From Dimorphilus gyrociliatus (Eukaryota > Animalia > Annelida): a stretch of 64,000 nt of DNA. The notes beneath the pieces were generated by a model. The model was not told the origin of the DNA, ran no database searches, and worked only from the letters and a program-made list of their open reading frames with translations. How positions within the stretch are numbered: position 1 is the stretch's first letter; each line of letters begins with the position of its first letter. Of the stretch, positions 56,904 to 64,000 are shown piece by piece. The translations under genes and the position numbers were made by a program. The DNA is taken from assembly GCA_904063045.1 (NCBI GenBank), contig CAJFCJ010000019.1, positions 434,001 through 498,000 on the forward strand, read 5' to 3'.

Positions 56904-56971
56904 ATATATTATATATATATATTATATAAATTTATATACATATATATATATATTATATATAAATATATATA
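56904..56971. repeat. Interrupted (TA)n / AT-only quasi-palindromic tract
   Basis: Almost purely A/T; includes the perfect palindrome TATATAAATTTATATA at 56923-56938. Confidence 0.85.
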
Positions 56972-57912
56972 CGCAATTTGTATTTACAATAATTAAAATA
57001 GATTTTAATTTTTACTGCCTTTTTCAAGACCAGTTAATAAACAAAGCTGTAATCCAGCAGCTTGAATAAAGAAGCACTTAAGGACAGTTTTTTTTCATTT
57101 TCCTTAACGAATTGTTTTTAGAGCGCTCAGACTTTTGCATAGAACAACATAATGCTCATTGTCTTGTCTTAATCTTTAGAGACTTATCGAGTTTACTCTG
57201 TTTAATAGAGAACGTCTTCGGTATTTTTGAACGCTCCTTAAAGTCTGATATTTCTATGTCTTCTTCCATTAAACGTTTTTCAACAGCTGATTTGCATATA
57301 TCAAAATAATTAATAGGTCCCGTTTCAATTATGTGATATAAATCACTTTGGCTTAATCTGTCGTAAAAAAAATGTTCAGAAGGGAAATTTCAACACACGT
57401 GACTTTCTTACCGTATCATTTTAGTAATAATACTGTCCATAATTGTAAGTGATAGTAGCTGAAAGTAAACTGTAATTAAACACCGCAATCTTTTATATGA
57501 GATAGTATTTTAGAAAATTACTTACTATCGTTTATTAATAAGAAAAAGTTTAATTATGCAATATCTGAAATTTCGAATGGCGCAAAATACTTCTGGTAAA
57601 AGATTTACCAGGTATACCAGTTTCTTCAAGCAATGTCCTAATGTGTGGGTCAATTGTAGGACAATTCTACTTGGAAAAAAAGTTGTAACTCATTTTTTTA
57701 AACGGAAATCATATAAACTTACCGTCGAAGGGTGAAATTGCAATAATAACTTTAAATATTTTTAATATGTATCGTACATTTGTTTAATACCCTCCTAAGC
57801 TGATGGGCTTAAAGAGAGTTTGTTACTTTAATACTGAATTTAAATTAAAACATTCTTTATCGGAAATTGAAATTAATGTATTGGTGAATTTCTAAGGAAA
57901 AAAAGGTCATAG

Positions 57913-59705
57913 TTACGAAGCTTTATGATTATATTTCTCGGCCCTTTTTCCCATATTTTTTCTATACAAAATTTCAGATAATATATTTGAACCTTGACAA
58001 ACTTTTATAGAATGCATTCTAGCAGTATGATAGTTTTTAAATTTTGTTTGGCACTTGGAGCAAGTATACGGCAGCTTGTCAGAATGAGTCCTAACATGGG
58101 CGGCAAGGCTGGTCCTAAGTTTAAATGTTTTCAAGCAGATTTTGCAGACAAAACTCCGGTCAGCTGTAAAGTTTATAAATTTAATTTTATAAGGTATAAA
58201 AAGTTGTATGTATAAGCTGTAAAATTTACATCTATGTATGAATAGGTGATCATTTAATTCGTGATTGGTGAAAAATCTCTTCAAACATATTTGACATGAG
58301 AATTTCGCTTGAGAAGCCGCTACTCCGCATCTTTTCTGATGAACTCTTAGACCTTCATCATTAGTAAATAATTTGTTACACCTGTTTTAAAATAACAATA
58401 TAATTTTGTTATTATTAAATAAATTGTATATTTTTTAGCTTTAAACTTACGTTGAACACTGTTTATCGAATGTTTTCTTTCTATGCCATTTCTTTTCATG
58501 ATACAATAACCTACTATAAGTCGCATAACAATTTTCGCAATCCTTTTCTTTGCAGACGAAAGGTTTAAGGTCATTATGAATAATTTTAGAGTGTTTTACC
58601 AATTTTTGAGCAGTATCAAATGACTTTGAACATCTCTTACAAGTAAATTTCTCACTTCCATGTCTTGTTCTAATATGAAGGGTTAATCTTGACTTGTTAC
58701 CAAACTCTTTATGGCAAATATTACATATTTCTTTAATTGTATGCTCAATGCTGCAATGTTTTCTTAATTCACTTTTTGTAAAGGTTGAAAAGTCACACAA
58801 ATCGCATTTTATTCTCTCATTCCAAATTCTTTTTCTATGCTGTAAGATATGTTCTGCTAATTCTTCTGCAGTGGGCAAGACGATGCTACAATCAGGGTTT
58901 GGACAAATCCAAGAATTATCGTGTTCATTTTCCGTATGTTTTTGAACATCTGAGAAAGTTTCTAAAACTTCAAGACAATTAAAACATATGTTTGAATCGG
59001 TAGAATGTTTATAAATCAAGTGGCATTTCAGAGCTCGATCGGAAACAAATTTCAATCCGCACATCTGACATTGAAGTCCAGATAACTGCAGGCAATGTTC
59101 TAATTGTCTATGAATCATGAGATCGAATACACTTTCAAATACTGCATCGCATTCTCGACAAACTTTGCTACAATCAGAATGTTGTTTAGACACGTGCTTA
59201 TTTAATTTTTTCAAATCGGGTTGTAAAACACCGCACATATCACAGACATGAAAACCTGATATTCGTTTTTTAACACGAGATAAAGTTTCTTCTTGAATCT
59301 CTACTTCTGGTGTAAATATATCATCAACCTCAATATGTAGATTATTTAATTCTGCTGTTTCGCTAATTTCAATATCTTTTTGTTTCATTTTAATAAAAGT
59401 TTGTGACATTTCTGTGAACCATTCTGTTGTTACTAATTGAGGGGACACTAAAAGATAAAATAGTGTATATAATCCATAATACCAATAAAGATAAATAAAT
59501 TTTCAGTACCTGCACTTTCCAATGTACCAGTTACAGAATTCCATCTGATCAAACACAAATCAATGGATGGTTCGATCTCCCAAATGCTTTCTATCTTAAA
59601 TCAAAATCAAGTTTTTATATATGTTATAGATATTTGCAAAAGTAGGCATACCTTCTTTATTATATCCAACCATAAAATTTCAACTTCATCGAACGAACTA
59701 CCCAT
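57913..59705 (-). CDS. Multi-zinc-finger protein, 13 fingers (11 C2H2 + 2 C2HC), 5 exons
   Basis: ATG 59705 MGSSFDEVEILWLDIIKK|IESIWEIEP..; fingers from CDMC..H..H to CKICLKTF..HVRTH; spliced junctions QCST|CNKL and IHR|SDRSF keep the frame; stop at 57913. Confidence 0.85.
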
Positions 59706-60274
59706 TACCCTGATAAATTATCAATTCAATTCGATTAATAGCATAAATACATTGAAAAGTGAAATTTGACGGTACCTATAAGATCCTGAAAAGTGTAACC
59801 GGTCTCAATTACCTAATTCACCGGTTTGGTCTAGTGGTTAAAATTTATTATATCCATCTCTCTACTATGTTTGCATAATCTCATCTTAAAAATTAATATC
59901 TTTTGCCTCATTTTTAGTATTACTAGACCTTTAAACTGCACAATATAGCAATGTTGTAAAAAGTTCAGAAACTTAAAGATTAAAGTTTTCAAAAACAGGG
60001 TGTACTAATTTAAAGAGGAGTAAGCAACCATATAAATACACAAAAACTGGTAATCTGAATATTTCTCCTTTTACTAAATTCACAGTTTTTCATCATATTT
60101 GAAAGTTAACCATACGAAATAACCCGTTAAAACATCGTTTTATGCAACGTAAAAATATCAAATGATTTCGAGTAAAATTTCTAACAATTGGTTTTTTAGT
60201 ATTTTTTCGAATTTATCTTGAGCGAAGCGTGTTGAAAATCAATAATAGGTCACGAAAATATTGTGTTGTTCAAC

Positions 60275-61996
60275 ATGAAAATACGAGTGCATTATAGAAA
60301 TCAACACTTTAAGCTGACTGTCGATGATGAGACGAATATCGAGAAGCTAAAATGTTTGATTAGAGATTTTATATTTACAAATCCCAAGTATTTTACTTTA
60401 GTTTGAACCTCTTAACCCTTAAAAAAGCTCTTGTTAGTAAATTATTTTTTCTCCAGGGACAAGAACAGACCATTCGATATTAGTTTAAATGGACAAGAGC
60501 CACTTAATGTATCTAATGAATGGAAAATTGGAGAAAATTTAGTCAATAGTGACCTGGTTGTTATCTTTCATCAGAAAGCAGAAGATTCTAAAGAATGTTC
60601 GCAATCCGACAACCCTAATAATTCTTCAAGGAAACAAGATAACTTCGTAAATAGGTAAAAAGCAGCATTAAGATTAATCTATTTAATAATTTAATTTTAA
60701 CACGCTATCGATTTACTGCATATTACTAAACAAAACAATATTTACTATTAAAGGTATATGAGGAATCCTTTTCTAATTCGGGAATCAAGGCATAATGACC
60801 TTCCAGATTCACTTGTGAATATGTTTATAAAAGAAAAGATTACTAACCATGAAGAAGCTCTGATAATAGTAATTCATTTATTAATGGTTGAATGTGGATT
60901 TTTAAGCATTGTTTGTATTAAATAAAAACACTTTCTTTTGTCTTAATATATTTAAAACATTGTTTTTTTTATTTATTAAAACAGCATTCCGAAGGCGAGA
61001 GTCCCTTGCCACCTGATTGGAAAAAGTCTGATTTAATCAAATTAGAATATACACATACTCATACACCAGAATTTCAATATTGTCTAACCTGCTTTACAGT
61101 AAGCTCTTCGCTTGTTGTAAACGGATATGCAGAAATATCCGGTTAGCTTTAAAATCCTTATATCAGTTAATGAAATGTTTATAATTATATAATAACTAAC
61201 AGGCAAGAAAATTTGTCGGACAAACTGTAAATTTAAGAAAAAGCTGTTTTTCTTTGGAAAAATTGCAGAAAATACTGATATCAGAAAGTCAATTGTTTAT
61301 AGGAATATGTCTGAGTTTTCTACAACTTTCAAAGATTCTATCTCCATTAAATTACTACTATTGGCAAAAAACTGTAAATATTATTAACATCAAACACTAT
61401 TTAATGTATTCTATATATATATGTAAAAACTATCTATAGTATTCTGAAGAGTAGGTCTGATAATACTGTGTGTTATATCTATATACTTATTTTTTTAAAG
61501 ATGTAGGAGAAGTACTAGAAAATAGCCTTCTCGGTTTAAATTTTGACGTTCAAGTAAGATAACTATTATCTAATTTATCTATTATAAATAATTGTTATTT
61601 TATTAGTTGGCAATTGCAAAATATTTGGATATAAAGTCATTAATAGCACTAAAGGAAACATGTAAAACTTTTAATGACATTTGTAAAGATAATTCTATTT
61701 GGAAGAGATGGTATACAGTAGACTTTGGAAGTTAGTTTCGATATTTTCAATATTAATTTCCTCATTAATATAACATTTATATTTATTTACAGACACTCCA
61801 TTAGTCAATTTAAACATAACTAATTGGTTCGATGTAAGTTAATTCTTAATGAAATTTACTTTAGTACCAATATATCATTTTTCAGATTTATCGGGAGAGA
61901 AGAGTGTCACGTTCGAATAGCGTTCAATTATTTATGCCTTTTCAGTACCAAGGAACTCGTTTCCAATATGTATTTCCTGGATTACCTCTTTTATGA
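60275..61996 (+). CDS. FBXO7: FBXO7/Nutcracker-like F-box protein (Ubl, FP/PI31-binding domain, F-box)
   Basis: MKIRVHY..FDISLNGQEPL..LVNSDLV (Ubl); PFLIRES..LPDSL..EEALIIVIHLLMVECGF, PPDWKKSDLIKLEY and FSTTFKDSIS (FP domain); LLGLNFDVQ|LAIAKYLDIKSLIALKETCKTFNDICKDNSIWKRWYTVDF (F-box); ..NWFD|IYRERR..PGLPLL* with stop 61994-61996. Confidence 0.85.
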
Positions 61997-63019
61997 GATT
62001 TTAAATATGTTTAAACAAATTTTCCCGCTTTTACGGGTATTTTGAATCAAGCTATGAAAATTCTTGCAACGAATGGGAACAACTTAACGGAGGTGAGAAG
62101 TGGAGGATGAATATGCAGAAAAAAAAATAACTTCTATTTGAATGATATAGAGATTTGTCGTAAGACTTTGTTAAATAAATTATAGTTCCATGTTTGTTTA
62201 TTACGACAATCTTATTGAGATTATTGATGGAGTCTCTGTTGATAATTCTTAATTCTTTATATAAACATAGGAGGAGTTTGATCGTATTTACAAACATTTT
62301 AATATATACTAATATATACACCAGAATATTTACATATATCTTTTGAAATACAAATGAAAAAGTATAGTTTCATTCGCTGGATTTTCATCTATTCAACATA
62401 GAAGAATGGAATATAATTATCAAATATCATTTTAACTACGTATTGTATATAAATTACTCTATACAGTAGCTAAGCTTAATTAAAATCTATAAATAGGTAT
62501 AAGACAATAAAAGATAAAGTTATTAAGAACATCATGTTTGGAATTCTGTACAATGTTTTTATTGATAATTCTTCTACATATTCCAAATGTAGTTGCCACA
62601 GTTACAATTTCTTTGATGCGAACATAATAATAGTACATTTTCAACGGACTATTGCGACATTGCATATATACATTTTTGATTCTTTTGTTTTAACCGCGAA
62701 CCTTTTAAACTTTTATAGAAAAATATTAAAGAATTATTAACTAAATAGAGAAATTCTTTATAAATATTGCTAAAACTTTTAGTGACAGTTATATTTTATT
62801 TTTTTTATATATATATATTTTTGGATTGGAATTTGAAACCATGCTTTTTTTGTCTATCAAAACTCCTTTAAACTACTTCCTTCCACCCCAATCTGTGTAT
62901 GCGAACCTCTTACGTTAAGACGAAACACTAATATCGTTTTATATTTTTTGAATGTTTGTAGAGTAAACTAGTAATAATTGTTTTTCTATATATATTTATA
63001 TACATTTGGAGGAGATGAT

Positions 63020-63670
63020 ATGGAGAATGAATATTATCTAGATGGAAAAAGGGACTTTAAGGACGATTCGTACCCTTACGTTGAAAAAGTTAACAATTTC
63101 TTTAGTGATGTCTGCCAAGCCGATATTGAAGTTAATGGTCTATTAGATTCCATTAACAACTTATCGTTATCATCCGATCGTAGGGAAAAGTTAACCTTAC
63201 CTCATAATTTATGCAATATTACAACCGAGTCAAGGGCTCCAATACCTACAGAGTTTGCTCATAAGCATGTATCGACTGAAGTAATTAATGAAGTATATGA
63301 AAAATTTTACAAGATGGATATAATGTATAAAAGGCTCCATAGGAAAGTCGAAGAGTTTATCCGTTTAACCCTACCACAGTATCTACAGCATCAAATTGAA
63401 AATTCGTTAAAACCTTTAGAACAAGAAAATTTACGTTTAAAAACTGAATTGTTAAGACATTTAAAACCAGAAGTTAAATCACAGTTTACTCAAACTAACA
63501 CTGAAAGTACCCAAATTTTATCAAAGACTAATATAAAGAATCAATTAAATGAAGATGAAGAGTATTTTAGAGAATTTCCAACTTTTCTACTACAAGAACC
63601 AACACGAACCCGTTTCTTTGGAAATTTTAAGAAAGTTAAATCTACTTTTAAGTTAACAAACGAAAGCTAA
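63020..63670 (+). CDS. Hypothetical intronless 216-aa protein with a central coiled-coil-like segment
   Basis: 650-nt open frame in very AT-rich DNA, starting at ATG 63020 (the track's 62978 start is TTG); helical heptad-like stretch IENSLKPLEQENLRLKTELLRHL. No family recognised. Confidence 0.6.
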   Translation: MENEYYLDGKRDFKDDSYPYVEKVNNFFSDVCQADIEVNGLLDSINNLSLSSDRREKLTLPHNLCNITTESRAPIPTEFAHKHVSTEVINEVYEKFYKMDIMYKRLHRKVEEFIRLTLPQYLQHQIENSLKPLEQENLRLKTELLRHLKPEVKSQFTQTNTESTQILSKTNIKNQLNEDEEYFREFPTFLLQEPTRTRFFGNFKKVKSTFKLTNES

Positions 63671-64000
63671 ATGAAACTATAACATGTGCTGTTTGTTTTG
63701 AATAGTAAAGGATAATTCTACATATAATATTAGTTTTTCTTCTCCAACTATGGATTATTTGATTAAGATGTAACTTATTTGTTTATTATATATAAAATAC
63801 ATTTAGTAAAATTGTATGCAATGTATAGTTAAAATAGGAAAAGATATTTTTAAATTTAAAAGTAACCAATCATCTGTGCAGTAAATTTAGAAAGGCTGAA
63901 AGCTACAATAAAGTAAACTCTCGTTTTATAGGCGAGTAAATCTCGCGAGATTTCATGCGAGGTAAAAGAATTTAGAAGTTTTGTTTATAGTCTCAAATTT

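Noticed and set aside
59827-59840. TGGTCTAGTGGTTA, resembling a tRNA D-arm/A-box
   Set aside because: No B-box (GTTCGA) or cloverleaf downstream; at most a tRNA/SINE remnant or a chance match.
62040-62740. Several 60-90 aa ORFs on both strands after FBXO7
   Set aside because: No coherent start, splice chain or motif; low-complexity AT-rich translations.

Overview
AT-rich, gene-dense eukaryotic (animal) DNA with mostly ~50-70 nt GT-AG introns, so the ORF track fragments most genes. I rebuilt about 22 protein-coding loci by hand. In order: RPAP2(-), SOCS6/7-like(+), four intronless ~900-aa RBR (RING1-IBR-Rcat) E3 ligase paralogues(+) with an antisense Fuseless-like 8-TM gene between copies 2 and 3, SYVN1/HRD1(-), a type A glycoprotein-hormone LGR(-), NXF1(-), PSMC1(+), a candidate sororin-like protein(-), ATP6V1D(+), MYSM1(-), CRIPT(-), MRPS18B(+), UBA3(-), CCDC174(+), an otopetrin(+), a 13-finger zinc-finger gene(-), FBXO7-like(+) and an orphan ORF(+). 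The gene content and tiny introns suggest a compact-genome invertebrate, probably a spiralian such as a miniaturised annelid; this is inference, not verified. The strongest candidate for an undescribed system is the RBR array. Its copies share an N-terminal/central region I cannot assign to a known family, and each carries the same TTGTGCAAT (C/EBP-type) site just upstream of the start codon; copies 1 and 4 also share an identically spaced CCAAT box. Copy 3 is frameshifted and shares an unusually conserved block with copy 4. Other highlights: the 110-nt exon / intron / 37-nt exon NXF1 cassette with an immediate stop and stem-loops, a cluster of TACAGTA/TACTGTA (Tc1/mariner-footprint-like) motifs, and an otopetrin lacking the FYR-box Arg. 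I found no tRNA, rRNA, CRISPR array or intact transposase. Family assignments come from remembered motifs, not database searches.
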